Of a stretch of DNA of 64,000 nt, positions 48,722 to 59,613 are shown piece by piece. Position 1 is the stretch's first letter, and each line of letters starts with the position of its first letter. The notes beneath the pieces are model-generated. The model was not told the origin of the DNA. It ran no database searches and worked only from the letters and a program-made list of their open reading frames with translations. Position numbers and translations under genes: made by a program. This DNA is from a virus (taxonomy: Duplodnaviria > Caudoviricetes), in IMG/VR virus record IMGVR_UViG_3300031993_000006, positions 195,975-259,974 of that record; one strand, written 5' to 3'.

Positions 48722-49174
48722 TTATTTCGCGTCCCATTCGATTGTGTTGTACGAGCAACCCTCCTCATCGGTAAATACATTCGTCTTGATGTTGGCGTGG
48801 CTGAGTCGCTCCTCTTGCGCCTTGTAGATGGCATCGAGTTCCTCAAGGGTCAGCGCGTGGGCCTGCTTCAGTTCCTCGCTGATTTTGGGGTTGTCCGTTC
48901 TGTCCGACAACAGGAAGTCCGAACCGTACTTGTTCCACCCGTAGCCGTAGCAGATGCAAGAGTTTGCCATTGACATAGCATCGAGTACTTGGAGGCGGTG
49001 TTCTTCCTGCGGGGTACGGAGCCAAGTGTAGGCGATGTCGGGATGCTTGCCGTTCTCGTCTACGCTACGGGCGCAGATTGCTTTCTCGATTTGTATCGCT
49101 TCGGCATCGATTTCGTCACGGGAAAGCCCGAGTTTCCCTGTCTCGTATTTCGGGTGAAGTTTCTTGTTTTCCAT
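48722..49174 (-). CDS. Hypothetical protein
   Basis: AAGGAG RBS; VFTDEEGCSYN. Confidence 0.7.
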   Translation of the reverse strand: MENKKLHPKYETGKLGLSRDEIDAEAIQIEKAICARSVDENGKHPDIAYTWLRTPQEEHRLQVLDAMSMANSCICYGYGWNKYGSDFLLSDRTDNPKISEELKQAHALTLEELDAIYKAQEERLSHANIKTNVFTDEEGCSYNTIEWDAK

Positions 49175-49303
49175 AAGATAGCTCCTTTGAAGTGGTAGAG
49201 GTTCTTCCTGTCCTCCGTATAGCCCCGGAAGGGGCGCCTGTGGCGTCCCATGGGGAACCCGGGTAGCCTACTGGTGGGCTACGGGGGTGATTATCGAGAA
49301 TAA

Positions 49304-49672
49304 TTAGAGTTCGGCGAGTTCCTTAACTTTCTCGGTAATTTCGGCGATGTCGAACTTGCAAGTCCTTGTGTTGAGGCCCGATGCGTTGCACTTGCTAATC
49401 ATGACTGCACCACAATGGCTACTGCGGAACATAAAGGTGAATTTCCAAGTGCCGTGTGCAGGGATATTTTCGAGCTTGTACTCATAATGAATGCTCATTG
49501 TCTTATCATGACTAAATTCAGTTTTGCACAGGCTCTTTTCAGGCACGGCAACTCCCGCTGGCACAACGTTGCGAAGTGCCATAGAAGCATACAAGCCAAA
49601 GTCAGCCACGACATGATTGTGAGCATCATAGAGCCGTTGAATATCTTTTGTGACGTTGATTTTTGCAGGCAT
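49304..49672 (-). CDS. Hypothetical protein
   Basis: GGAG RBS. Confidence 0.65.
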   Translation of the reverse strand: MPAKINVTKDIQRLYDAHNHVVADFGLYASMALRNVVPAGVAVPEKSLCKTEFSHDKTMSIHYEYKLENIPAHGTWKFTFMFRSSHCGAVMISKCNASGLNTRTCKFDIAEITEKVKELAEL

Positions 49673-49703
49673 GGTCTTTTAGCTCCATTGTTTGAGTTTT
49701 GAA

Positions 49704-50312
49704 TTATGCGAGGAAGTCGATGATGGTGAACGTCCGGGTGGAACCACCGGGCATATTGACGGTTGCCGTCTCGCCTGTCTCGGCGGGCATGCGCTTCAGT
49801 ACATTGGTATAGAAGTCATTTTCGGGGTCGTCCTCGAACTGCGGGTTGTCGAAGCTCACATCGGAGTGTTCGATTTCCTCGTCCCGTGCGATACGCTCGA
49901 TTTCCTTTGCGATTTCCTCTCGGGCTTCCTCGGCGCTTGCGTAGATGTTGGTGTTGCCGTCATTGTCCGAGAACAGCGTCACGCTAGGGTTGCGTCCCTC
50001 TTCATCGGTGTCGGCCTGCGCGACCATGTACTGACGCATCTTCGGCAACGGGAGTTCCGCGATGGTAAGGACGGTCTGCGAGTCGTTGTTCACGTTGATG
50101 CAGGTGAGCTTCCTCGCGAGCGCAAGGGCTTCCACCTGTTCGGGTTCTACGATGTCCCCGCCGATGTTGCTGAGGTCGTAGCCGGAGTAGTCTTTCTTGA
50201 CGGTATCTCCGATTGCCTTCGCGATTCCGCCGAAGTTGCCCACGGCGAGGATTCCGGCCTTGAGTTCCTTGTGGTCTTGGGCCGATGATTCGTGTTCGAT
50301 AAGTGCGTACAT
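49704..50312 (-). CDS. Hypothetical acidic protein
   Basis: GGAGG RBS before MYALIEH. Confidence 0.7.
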   Translation of the reverse strand: MYALIEHESSAQDHKELKAGILAVGNFGGIAKAIGDTVKKDYSGYDLSNIGGDIVEPEQVEALALARKLTCINVNNDSQTVLTIAELPLPKMRQYMVAQADTDEEGRNPSVTLFSDNDGNTNIYASAEEAREEIAKEIERIARDEEIEHSDVSFDNPQFEDDPENDFYTNVLKRMPAETGETATVNMPGGSTRTFTIIDFLA

Positions 50313-50793
50313 AGATATTGCCTCCATTGGTTCAACCCCGGTATCTCCCGTGTAGCCCCGCCCGTAGCCCCCCATGAGGCTACCCGGTGGACTATATGGA
50401 TGCACGCCGGTTGCGCCCGGGATGCCGGTAGCGAAAATGGAAAGCCCCCGGGGAGTACCGGGGGCTTGCTGATTGGAACCTATGGATATTTTAAAAAATT
50501 ATTTCAGATAGCGGAAGCGTTGAACTTGGTGAGAATCATAGATGCTCCTTTGATAGATTAAAACAGTTCCCCGTGGAGACCCGTGCCAATTTGTGTGTGA
50601 GTGTTGCGGTAGGGCCACCACGGGGCGCCGGGCAGGGAGTCCCGGCTTCTTCCATATACATTATTCCCCGGGTAGCTCCGCCCGTAGCCCCCCATGGGCT
50701 ACCCGGGTGGACTACGGGGGGATTCCATGCGCCCGGCCGGGATTCGCATGCTTCAGACATGCAAAAAGGGGGCGCCTGCGGCGCCCCCTGGAG

Positions 50794-51702
50794 CTATCTA
50801 TGGTTTAAGCATTTTTTCTTGCAGAAAGTCTTACAGCGGAGGGGCAGGGGCTTTCCCGTGTGGTTCGTGACGGTCTCCACGGGGTATTCGTCCGAGAAGC
50901 ACCCGTCACCGCCGAGTTCGGTTACCACCTTTAGCCCATCGGGGGTATAGGTGCGCTTCACGAGGCCAACCGAGGGTACGCCGAAGTACATCACCGGGGC
51001 GTATCCTTTCGTCATGACAAATGCGGTTGCGTTCGGCACTACCGTCTGAATCTGATTGAGGAGCCGGAGGGTGACATCGGCGAGTTCAACATAGCAGTCG
51101 ATTCCGATGTTCTCTTCGGCGTACTTGTGGCACTCTTCGGGAGTCGGGGTATCGTCCACGGCATCGATGACTTGCCCGAGGGTGTCCTTGGCTTCATCGT
51201 AGGTGTCGCCGTAGTCTACGCACTTTGCCCAAGCGTCACGCCAAGCGGTGTAGGTCGGCCTGAAGTGTTCAAGCAGGGCCGTGTCGGAGATGATGAATAC
51301 GCTGTTCTTGCTGAACTTCAGCTCCACGGGGTTCCCCGTGTGGTAGTCCTTGTCTGCACGGTTCTTGGCAACGGAGAGCGCTTCCGCAATCCCGTCAATG
51401 GACTTTACATCGGCAACGCCGAAGCATACGGTGTCAGACGGGTGCTGAATAAAAATATTTATTCCGTCCGTGCGGCCCGGCGGGTAGACCCTGAACTTTC
51501 CCGGGTATCCCATATAGGTGAAGCCGAGGTCGAACCCGCCGGTTTCAAAGTTGTATTCCCCGTGGAACTGTGTCTCGATGCTCGGGGATGCCGCAATAAG
51601 GGCAAACGCCATTGATTCCGTAAGGACTTGGATTGCGGACTTGTCGCCGTTTCCGGCGGGTATTACCTGTTCTCTCAGGCGTTCTAGTGCGTTGATACTC
51701 AT
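50794..51702 (-). CDS. Hypothetical protein
   Basis: AAGGAG RBS; terminator hairpin at ~50768. Confidence 0.75.
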   Translation of the reverse strand: MSINALERLREQVIPAGNGDKSAIQVLTESMAFALIAASPSIETQFHGEYNFETGGFDLGFTYMGYPGKFRVYPPGRTDGINIFIQHPSDTVCFGVADVKSIDGIAEALSVAKNRADKDYHTGNPVELKFSKNSVFIISDTALLEHFRPTYTAWRDAWAKCVDYGDTYDEAKDTLGQVIDAVDDTPTPEECHKYAEENIGIDCYVELADVTLRLLNQIQTVVPNATAFVMTKGYAPVMYFGVPSVGLVKRTYTPDGLKVVTELGGDGCFSDEYPVETVTNHTGKPLPLRCKTFCKKKCLNHR

Positions 51703-51732
51703 GGTAGCTCCTTAAATTAAATAAAAAATTTT

Positions 51733-52149
51733 TTATGCGAGATAGCAGTCGGTGTCTACGAGGTCGGCCTCGGTTGCGTTGAGTGCCTTGAGGATGCGCT
51801 TGCCCTCCTCGGTGGGTACACGGGTGAACACGGCGGATTCCGGGATGGTGAGCAGGAGGGCCACCTCCTTTTCGGTGTCGATGACGCCCGGGACTACCCC
51901 GTGGATGCCCTTGCGGTCGAGCGCCTGAACGAGAGACTTGATGGATTCCTTGAGGTTCTGCCCAAGATGGCCGTCAATGGTGTCCCCGTCAGCTACACGG
52001 TCGCATACATACTCGAAGGCTTCCCCGAGGGTCATGTCGCCCTCGCCTGCCCAGTCGAAGTCGGTGAACTTGTCGTACGCCTCGGAGAACTTGCGGTACT
52101 CGTCCGGGCAGATGGTGGCAATCTTGGAAGTGTTGATAGATAAAGACAT
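51733..52149 (-). CDS. Hypothetical protein
   Basis: AAGGAG RBS after repeat. Confidence 0.7.
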   Translation of the reverse strand: MSLSINTSKIATICPDEYRKFSEAYDKFTDFDWAGEGDMTLGEAFEYVCDRVADGDTIDGHLGQNLKESIKSLVQALDRKGIHGVVPGVIDTEKEVALLLTIPESAVFTRVPTEEGKRILKALNATEADLVDTDCYLA

Positions 52150-52259
52150 AGATACTCCTTTGTTTTTACTGATATGACCCCACGGGTTGCTCCCGTGGCG
52201 CCCCATGTGCAACCGGGTGGGTGTTTTAAATGGTTCGGTGGAAACGACATTAAACATCC

Positions 52260-52511
52260 TTAGCATACTTCCACTTCTACATGGCCGGCGGGTTGAATGG
52301 TGGATGGGTCTCGAATCCACAATGCCGAATCGTATTCACCCTGTTTTAGATGATGACCATCAAAGGTTAAAAAGTCTTTTCTCCAATCGGTCGGGTCATT
52401 CAGCGGAACGATACAAGCAGTATTACCCACAACGATAAGTTGACCCACAACTTCTTCACCGGAAATGTTAATTCCTTTAAACATTGGAACTTGAATTTTT
52501 ACATTTGACAT
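52260..52511 (-). CDS. Small YopX-N-terminus-like protein
   Basis: PMFKG...VVGQL...DPSTIQ pattern; lower GC. Confidence 0.55.
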   Translation of the reverse strand: MSNVKIQVPMFKGINISGEEVVGQLIVVGNTACIVPLNDPTDWRKDFLTFDGHHLKQGEYDSALWIRDPSTIQPAGHVEVEVC

Positions 52512-52585
52512 ATTTGTATCCTTTGTTTTACCCGATATGGCCCCACGGGTTGCTCCTGTGGCGCTCCATGTGTGACCGGGTGGAC

Positions 52586-52906
52586 TTACTTGGCGGGCGC
52601 CTCTTCCCCGGCGAACTTCAGGGTGAACGGGCTGATGTCGCCGAGTTCAATGTCGTCTTCGGCCTTGAGGCCTGCCTTTGGAAGTTCCCGGTCGTCCTGC
52701 ATATCTTCGATTACGGTGACGGGAATGTAGCTGTCCCCGTTTACCTCGAAGCCACGCTTGATGATGCCGGCTACCTCTTCGTTCGAGAGGTCGCCGTTGT
52801 TGGCCTTCTTGAGTTCACCGAGGGTCATTTGGATATTTCCACCGAGACGGCACCATACCTTGATAAGCTTTGGTTTCCGCTTGGTTTTCGTGGTTTTCTT
52901 TTCCAT
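52586..52906 (-). CDS. Hypothetical protein
   Basis: Co-oriented ORF. Confidence 0.65.
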   Translation of the reverse strand: MEKKTTKTKRKPKLIKVWCRLGGNIQMTLGELKKANNGDLSNEEVAGIIKRGFEVNGDSYIPVTVIEDMQDDRELPKAGLKAEDDIELGDISPFTLKFAGEEAPAK

Positions 52907-52936
52907 ATAGTAGCCTGCCTTATTGAAAATTAAAAA

Positions 52937-53587
52937 TTAAATCTTGTCGTACTCGTTTTCTTCGAGCGTCATCGTGAACGACATCGGGAGGAACCCGTGT
53001 TTCAGGGCGAGTACTGTCGGTAGGTCACTATAGACCATATCCCATGTAGCCCCGTCATCAAGCGCCTGTTGCTTTGTGTCGGGGTCATCTTCGTCCAGTC
53101 CGTCAAGATAGCCACGGCCCGTACTGCGTTCAGATTGGAGGTAGCTTCCGAAGTCGGATTCAATCCATTCTTTTACGGCTTCCCTGACCTGCTTTCTGAA
53201 CTCTTCGTCCGAGGTGGCGGAGGTGTGGAACTCCACGGAGTCACGGTTGGGTTCGTCATAGGCGCAGTCGTCGTAGACGAGGCGCACATAGATGCTGTTG
53301 GGGAGCTTCGGGGCTTCCGGGTAGGACTTGATTCGCTGATTGATGAGGGCAATGAAGTCGGCACAGTCCATTCCATCGTCCTTACCGATAATCAGGTTGT
53401 AGCGGTTGATGTCGTAGGTTCGGCCCTCGAAAGCCAAGTCATCTGCTACACAGGTTCCAATGTAGGCCCTGTCTACGGGGTTTGCGAAGTCGATAAGGGC
53501 AACTTTCTTTTCACCCTTGAAATCCAAGATATTGCGGGAAATAGTGTCCGCATCGACAATTTTTACGGTGTACTTAATATCTGTCAT
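52937..53587 (-). CDS. Hypothetical acidic protein
   Basis: AAGGA RBS after repeat. Confidence 0.7.
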   Translation of the reverse strand: MTDIKYTVKIVDADTISRNILDFKGEKKVALIDFANPVDRAYIGTCVADDLAFEGRTYDINRYNLIIGKDDGMDCADFIALINQRIKSYPEAPKLPNSIYVRLVYDDCAYDEPNRDSVEFHTSATSDEEFRKQVREAVKEWIESDFGSYLQSERSTGRGYLDGLDEDDPDTKQQALDDGATWDMVYSDLPTVLALKHGFLPMSFTMTLEENEYDKI

Positions 53588-53797
53588 ATGTATTCCTTTG
53601 CGGGGACTTGGTGCCTCCCGCATATACCATATAGCTCCATAGGGAGCGCCCGTGGCTCCCCATGAGGGGCCAGGTGGGTGCCATAGGGAGACCGGCGGAG
53701 AGTCTGAAGGCGGGCAGTCCCACTCGTGCTACTGCCGTCATAATCAGAAAGGGAGGCGCCTTCGGCGCCTCCCTTGGAGCTATCTATGGTGAAAAAT

Positions 53798-54052
53798 CTA
53801 GCCTTCCGGGGCTTCGTGGGGGTTCTTCACGACTTCCCCGAGGAATATCCTGTTGCCGTATTCGGTAACCTCGTAGAGATATGCTCTTGCCGTGTCCACC
53901 TCGGGGCATTTCTTGAGTTCCTCGATGCGCTTGAGCGCTGTCTTGCGTACGGCCCCGATGCTGTCCGTGATTGCGCGGAGGGTATTGTTCGGTACGAGAA
54001 GAATGTCATCGTTGGCGTTCTGTGCGGTAAGCACGATTTCGTAGTGTGTCAT
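53798..54052 (-). CDS. Hypothetical protein
   Basis: Co-oriented ORF followed by terminator at ~53751. Confidence 0.6.
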   Translation of the reverse strand: MTHYEIVLTAQNANDDILLVPNNTLRAITDSIGAVRKTALKRIEELKKCPEVDTARAYLYEVTEYGNRIFLGEVVKNPHEAPEG

Positions 54053-54078
54053 ATTAGCTGTCTCACTAAAGTTAAAAA

Positions 54079-54216
54079 TTAGTCCCGGTCGCACTCGTCA
54101 ATCAGGTCAACGATGTCCTTTACCGAGAGCCATTCCCCGTTGACAATGCACCCACATTCGTTGTCGAGGCTTCCGTACTTGCTTTCGATTTTGTCTTTCA
54201 GTTCTTGAGCGTCCAT
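54079..54216 (-). CDS. Hypothetical protein (45 aa)
   Basis: Manual translation MDAQELKDKIESKYGSLDNECGC...; AAGGAG RBS. Confidence 0.55.
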   Translation of the reverse strand: MDAQELKDKIESKYGSLDNECGCIVNGEWLSVKDIVDLIDECDRD

Positions 54217-54243
54217 AGTGTTACTCCTTTAAAAAAATAAAAA

Positions 54244-55137
54244 TTAAAATTCCACGGTAAGCACGGGTTCACCATCGGTGTTTCCGAGGTAGAGCCTTGC
54301 GGTTTCGAGGGTGTCGGGTTCCCAAATGGCCCTAGCTTCGTCCACGGCATCTTCGGCCTTGAGCGCCTTTACCGAGATAGTCTGCCCGACATCTTCCCCA
54401 TCGGAGGTTCCCGATAGGACAACGAGGAAGTCGAACTTTTGGTTCTTGCGTACCTTTACATAGACGATTTCGGAGTCCTTGCCGTACTGCGTTCCAAAAA
54501 ATTTTCTGCCGTGGTAGGTGAAGCCGATGTCCGTACGGGTGCCTGCAAGGTTGTGCCTGCCCTCGATGTCGTAGTCGCAGGTGACCTCGAAAGTGCCGGG
54601 CCAGTTGGTGACCTTGCACCTTTCCCCACGCTTCTTCGAGAGGTAAAGATGGTAGGTCTCCCCGGGTTGGAGCTTGTCGAGCCTTTCCCCGTCAATGATG
54701 CCACAGCACTTGAAGCACATGGTCTTCCCGTCCTTGAATTTCCCGTATCCCGGGGTAAACGAGGTAGGGAGGCACAGGGAGCCACAGCGGTCGCAACGGG
54801 TGACCTCGGTGTTGCGCCCGAAGTAGGCGATGGCGACTTCCTCGGGAGCAAGGGCGAAGCGGTCGCTCTTGTTCTCCGTCATGTTGGTGCAGAAGAGTAC
54901 GCTCCCGTCATCGTTCACCATCTCGACAGTGCAGGTCTCCCCGTTGCCGTAGGCGAAGTGGTTGTGCTCGGTGGCGATGTCGTAGTATTGGTTGTCGTTC
55001 AGTACCTCGCAGTGCTTGAGCTTGCACTCCCCGTCCTTTGCGAACGCATCGTAGAGGTTCTTTACATTGAGCTGGACTACATCGCCGACCTTGAGCTTTT
55101 CCTTGATTTGGGCGATGACAAACTTGATGTGTTCCAT
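54244..55137 (-). CDS. Hypothetical multi-domain protein with CxxC pairs
   Basis: CDRC..CFKC, VTNWPG..HNLAGTRTD. Confidence 0.75.
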   Translation of the reverse strand: MEHIKFVIAQIKEKLKVGDVVQLNVKNLYDAFAKDGECKLKHCEVLNDNQYYDIATEHNHFAYGNGETCTVEMVNDDGSVLFCTNMTENKSDRFALAPEEVAIAYFGRNTEVTRCDRCGSLCLPTSFTPGYGKFKDGKTMCFKCCGIIDGERLDKLQPGETYHLYLSKKRGERCKVTNWPGTFEVTCDYDIEGRHNLAGTRTDIGFTYHGRKFFGTQYGKDSEIVYVKVRKNQKFDFLVVLSGTSDGEDVGQTISVKALKAEDAVDEARAIWEPDTLETARLYLGNTDGEPVLTVEF

Positions 55138-55496
55138 AGACTTATGCTCCTTTGGGCTATTGCTTGCCCACTATACATATAGCCCCTATAGGCGCCCCCG
55201 TAGCCCCCCATGAGCTACACGGGTGGTTACTGTGGGTACATGCGGGCGCCTGCCAGCCGACATGCTTCAGCCAGCCCGAGGAGGCACAAAAAACGCCCCA
55301 CGGGGGAACCCGTGGAGCTATCCGGTAGGAGCAGTGAATTACGCTTCGTCTAAAGACAATGCGCTTCGCGTTAATCCCGGAGGGACGCCCGCGCCTTTAA
55401 CCCCGTTTTCCGAGGCGAGTACCTTGCGATACACTAATAGTTTAGAAAATGTTCACCTCATTTGTCAAGTGGTTTTTATCTTTGTTCTATAAATCC

Positions 55497-56768
55497 TTAC
55501 TTCTTTTCGAGCTTGTCACCGCAAAGGGGGCAATTCGGGAAGACCATCGTGCCTACATAGGATTTGCCCTGTGCGTAGCACTCTACCTTGTTGTCGTGGA
55601 GGTCGCAACGCTGTAGGTACATATCGTTGGCAGAGTCGAATTTGCAGGGTTTTCCCTGCTTGCAGAACGGGCAGAAGATGTCGTCGAAGATGTCGTCCAC
55701 TTCATCGGAAAAATTGGTATCCTCGTGATTATTCCTCCACTTTTCGAGGGCTTGTGATGTTCCGTAGGTGTAGAAATAGTAGCCCACTACTTCTTTCGGG
55801 GAGGCGGTCTCGGCGAACTCCAAACGCCAATCCTTTCCTGCTTCTGTGTGGGCGATGATTTCGTCTGCTTTCCTGTGGAACAAGTCGATGTAGGTGTTCG
55901 CCTTGATGCTCACCGAGATGTCGGGTAATTCCGCCGGGGCTTCCTCGGGTTCCGCTTCAGGTTCTTCCTTTGGAGCTTCCTTGGGAGCTTCATTATTAAA
56001 AAAATTTTTGACGATTACGCTCTTGAGGTCGTGAATGTCATCAATCTTTACACGGATTTCTGAGTCGAGCGGGGAGACTTCAATAGTTTGACTTCCATTT
56101 GCATCGGCAATGAGGAAAAGAGTCCAATGCCTGTATCGGTAGTCAAAATGTGTACTATGGCGGGAAAAGGTGCTGCAAGTACAGAACGCATGGACGAAAT
56201 TCGCCTGCTCGCGGGAAATCCCGAGTGCTTCCGTGAGGACCTGCTCAACTTTCAAGTCGTGGCTATGAATTGAAATATTATTCAGGACATTACTGATAAT
56301 GTCCCTGTGGAACGGCGTATCTACTATCGTGTAGACTCCCGAGGGCAACTCTTCCTTGTTTTCATTAAAGGCATCACGGAGAACTTCCCCGAGGTGGAAT
56401 ACCACTGAGTCCTTGCTTTTCAGGTTAAGCTGTCTAAGGTACACGGAAAGGGCTTTACGGGCGATGCTGCGCTCGGTGGGACTCGATTCTCCGCCTGCGT
56501 CGAGGAGAAGCTCGATTCGGGTGCAGTCCATATTGATGAGGACAGCCATATCAATAAAGACCTTATTTTCATCTTGAAAGCTAAGCTTCTCTACACAAAG
56601 GTCGTTGAATACGAACTTGAGAATGTTGTGCCTTTCAAGATTGAGGATTCCATCGGGCAGGGTATCCACATCGGGGACGAAATTGTTGTCCACAAGATAG
56701 TCCACGCAGGAGTACCAGTCGGGGTGGTTCTTGATTAGTGTGCAGTCGATTAAGATATGCTTTGCCAT
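55497..56768 (-). CDS. Hypothetical protein with C-terminal Zn-ribbon
   Basis: CPFC...CPLCG; AAGGAG RBS after repeat. Confidence 0.75.
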   Translation of the reverse strand: MAKHILIDCTLIKNHPDWYSCVDYLVDNNFVPDVDTLPDGILNLERHNILKFVFNDLCVEKLSFQDENKVFIDMAVLINMDCTRIELLLDAGGESSPTERSIARKALSVYLRQLNLKSKDSVVFHLGEVLRDAFNENKEELPSGVYTIVDTPFHRDIISNVLNNISIHSHDLKVEQVLTEALGISREQANFVHAFCTCSTFSRHSTHFDYRYRHWTLFLIADANGSQTIEVSPLDSEIRVKIDDIHDLKSVIVKNFFNNEAPKEAPKEEPEAEPEEAPAELPDISVSIKANTYIDLFHRKADEIIAHTEAGKDWRLEFAETASPKEVVGYYFYTYGTSQALEKWRNNHEDTNFSDEVDDIFDDIFCPFCKQGKPCKFDSANDMYLQRCDLHDNKVECYAQGKSYVGTMVFPNCPLCGDKLEKK

Positions 56769-56975
56769 AGATTTATGCTCCTTTGGGCTTCATTGCCCAT
56801 TACCTATATGTACCCGATTAGCTCCCCCGTGGCTCCCCATGAGGCTCCGGGTGGGTGCCATAGAAAGACCGGCGGAGGAGTCTGAAGCAGCAGGCTGCCC
56901 GCCGGTGGGCAATAAAACGGAGAAGCCCCACGGTGTTACCCGTGGAGCCTCTAGGTAGGACACAAAAATTAAAAA

Positions 56976-57776
56976 TTAATCTTGGTTAATTGCGATTTCC
57001 TCTACGACATGCTTGCCCTCTTCGGTCTTGTAGCCGTAGAAGTCCACATAGAACAGCGTAGTCCAATGGGAATCCCCGTCATCGTCCCGTTCTTCCCTAG
57101 AGACCGCGACCACGAGGTTTTCCGCATTGGGGTCTTCCGAGTTCTTGCGAATATCTTCCGTGCCGTTTTCCGAGAGTTCAGGCGAGCTTACCACGAGATT
57201 GTCGGAACAGTACATCTTTCGGGCTACCTTTTGAACTTCGAGCTGAATGTCCCTCAAGTCCAACTTGATTGCCGAGTTGTCTTCCGTGGAAAGCGTCTCC
57301 AATGCGCTACGGAGTTCCTGACGGGCTTCTTCGAGGTTCCTCGGGATATACCCGTTGTCCCCGTTCGCAAAGACATTGTTGTCCACCACGGGAACGAGCA
57401 TATAGACATTCGGTACGGCATCGTCAGGCTTGATTTCCACCACGTCCGCATTTCCATCTTCGAGGCGCTTGAACAGAAGCTCGATGTCCTCCTGATGGGG
57501 GTTCTCGTCCGTGATGACGAACGATACGCACTCGTTGTTGTCCCTAGTGTGGCTAGTCACCTTGATGGCAAGTGCATCATCAAGGTTCACGATGCAGTCG
57601 TTGATAGTACCCTTGAGTTCCGAAACGACATTCTTTCGGGGCATCGGGGAGTGTACTAGGTTGTCCACTCCTTTGACTTCTACCATTCCAACACGGACAT
57701 CGACATTAAGCCCGTAGCCGATTGCAATGTACATTTCGTCAGGGTTGAGATTCTTTTGATTCTTTTCTTCTGCCAT
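56976..57776 (-). CDS. Hypothetical acidic protein
   Basis: AAGGAG RBS after repeat. Confidence 0.75.
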   Translation of the reverse strand: MAEEKNQKNLNPDEMYIAIGYGLNVDVRVGMVEVKGVDNLVHSPMPRKNVVSELKGTINDCIVNLDDALAIKVTSHTRDNNECVSFVITDENPHQEDIELLFKRLEDGNADVVEIKPDDAVPNVYMLVPVVDNNVFANGDNGYIPRNLEEARQELRSALETLSTEDNSAIKLDLRDIQLEVQKVARKMYCSDNLVVSSPELSENGTEDIRKNSEDPNAENLVVAVSREERDDDGDSHWTTLFYVDFYGYKTEEGKHVVEEIAINQD

Positions 57777-57868
57777 AGATTACTCCTTTGGGCTTCTTTG
57801 CCCAAATACCGTATAGCCCCACGGGGAACGCCCGTGGCGCCCCATGAGGAACCGGGTAGAATACCCCG

Positions 57869-58375
57869 CTATTCGGCGACCTTTACGGCGTCTTCGAAGG
57901 ATACCACGAGTTTAAGACCGAACTCTTCGGCTTTCTTTGCCATTTCGTTCCAAAACGGATGGAACTTTTCGAGATTCGAGACCTTTACCGTGTGGTAGCC
58001 GTTCTCGTCCAACGCTACATCGTCCCAAGTGTCCATAAATTCGGCGGGTCCGTCATCGAAGATTTCTCCCTCTTCGATGTAGCCTACGGACACTCTGTCG
58101 ATGTCCTCACGCTCGTCCCCCTCCCTGATGTACTTATACGGGAGTTCGGTGTTTTCGTTTTCGCTAGTGAGCGCCTGCATAATGTTCTTTGCCACGCCTT
58201 CGGAATTTTCGTCCCAAGTATGCCGAATGGCTTCAAAGAAGTATGTATCGCCCGTGGGTGAAACCTTGATGGCGTCAAAGGGTTGAACGTCCTTTGCGGT
58301 AGTATTGAGGACTTTAAAAATTTTCTCGGCAATCCCCTTGCAAGCGAGAATGTAGACGTTGCTTCGGTATGACAT
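57869..58375 (-). CDS. Hypothetical phage protein (MxYRSxV N-terminus)
   Basis: MSYRSNVYI...YIREGDE..D. Confidence 0.7.
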   Translation of the reverse strand: MSYRSNVYILACKGIAEKIFKVLNTTAKDVQPFDAIKVSPTGDTYFFEAIRHTWDENSEGVAKNIMQALTSENENTELPYKYIREGDEREDIDRVSVGYIEEGEIFDDGPAEFMDTWDDVALDENGYHTVKVSNLEKFHPFWNEMAKKAEEFGLKLVVSFEDAVKVAE

Positions 58376-58395
58376 AGGTTAAGCTCCTTTAAAAA

Positions 58396-58797
58396 TTAAA
58401 ATTTCACCCGTTGGGATTGGCACTTGCCGAACAGCTCAAGCGCATCGCACAGCTCCTCCTCGGTAGCTCCATCGGCTTCTCCGATGCGGTTCATGAACGA
58501 CCCGTTGGAGGTTACACACTCGTAGAGGTTGGCGTGGTAGTAAGGGTCTGCGTTCAGGGGGAGGCACCAAGAGAGCCTGACGTTCTGCCCGTCCGTAGTG
58601 GTGAAGCGGGCGATAAGGTCGATTCCGCCCTCGGGGTCTACCTGAAGCATCACGGACTCGTCGCCCTCGAAGTCGCAGTAGTCGTACGGCTTGTGGTGCG
58701 TACAGCCCGGAAAGAGGGTGTCGATGGTGGAAATGAAAGTGTCACGCACCTCCTGCAAGTGGGCGAGGTGGCGGTTGATTCTTGAGATATATGCCAT
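58396..58797 (-). CDS. Hypothetical protein
   Basis: AGGAG RBS after repeat. Confidence 0.7.
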   Translation of the reverse strand: MAYISRINRHLAHLQEVRDTFISTIDTLFPGCTHHKPYDYCDFEGDESVMLQVDPEGGIDLIARFTTTDGQNVRLSWCLPLNADPYYHANLYECVTSNGSFMNRIGEADGATEEELCDALELFGKCQSQRVKF

Positions 58798-58987
58798 AGG
58801 TTGCTCCTGCGGGGGTTAATGAGGTGTTCCCGCACAGGCGGTATATCCCCCTCGGAGCTCCCCGTGGCTCCTCATGGGAAACCGGGTGGGCGCCATAGGG
58901 TGTTCTGGGGGTTCCAGTCCCCACCGGGGAAACAGGAAGCCCCACCGTGGTTACCGGCGGGGCTACAGGAGGGAGCAATTAAATTTT

Positions 58988-59350
58988 TTAGAGGTAGGGC
59001 GCCTGCAACTCCTCGATGTTGCCGAACGGGAGGAACGATACACTACGACCGCTCACGCCCGTCTTGACGGATACTTCACGCTCGCCATCTGCGAGCCTTT
59101 CAACATATCTGTCGTCCGTGGAAGTACCCTCGATGGAGAGGTAATGGTGTTCATTAAGGGCAACCGCAATGAACTTCCCGTCATCTTCCTCGTGGCAAAC
59201 CCAATTACCGCCCTGAATGGAGTCGAAAGTTCTCGGCATAATCTGTACGCCCTTGCTGTCTGCCTGGCGGAGCATATCGTCACAAGAGATTTCCCCTGCG
59301 AAAGCACTTACCGCCAATGCGACAATCAAAATAATTTTATTCATCTTCAA
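58988..59350 (-). CDS. Hypothetical secreted protein
   Basis: Signal peptide NKIILIVALAVSAFA. Confidence 0.7.
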   Translation of the reverse strand: MKMNKIILIVALAVSAFAGEISCDDMLRQADSKGVQIMPRTFDSIQGGNWVCHEEDDGKFIAVALNEHHYLSIEGTSTDDRYVERLADGEREVSVKTGVSGRSVSFLPFGNIEELQAPYL

Positions 59351-59613
59351 TCCTTTTGAAATGTAAATAAAAGTTTATCCTAAAATGACCGACCAAAGAT
59401 AACAAAAATTTTCTTTATTGTCAATCCCTTGGGCTATTTTCTTGCCCATTACCTATATAACCCCGATTAGCTCCCCCGTAGCCCCCCATGAGAATCCCGG
59501 TAGCTCCCGTAGTTGTCGCTGGGGAATCCCGGGGACAGCAGTCCTCCTCCCGGGGAAAAGGAAAACGGACGACCCTTGCGAGCCGCCCGTTCAGGAGCAA
59601 TTAAAAAATATTT

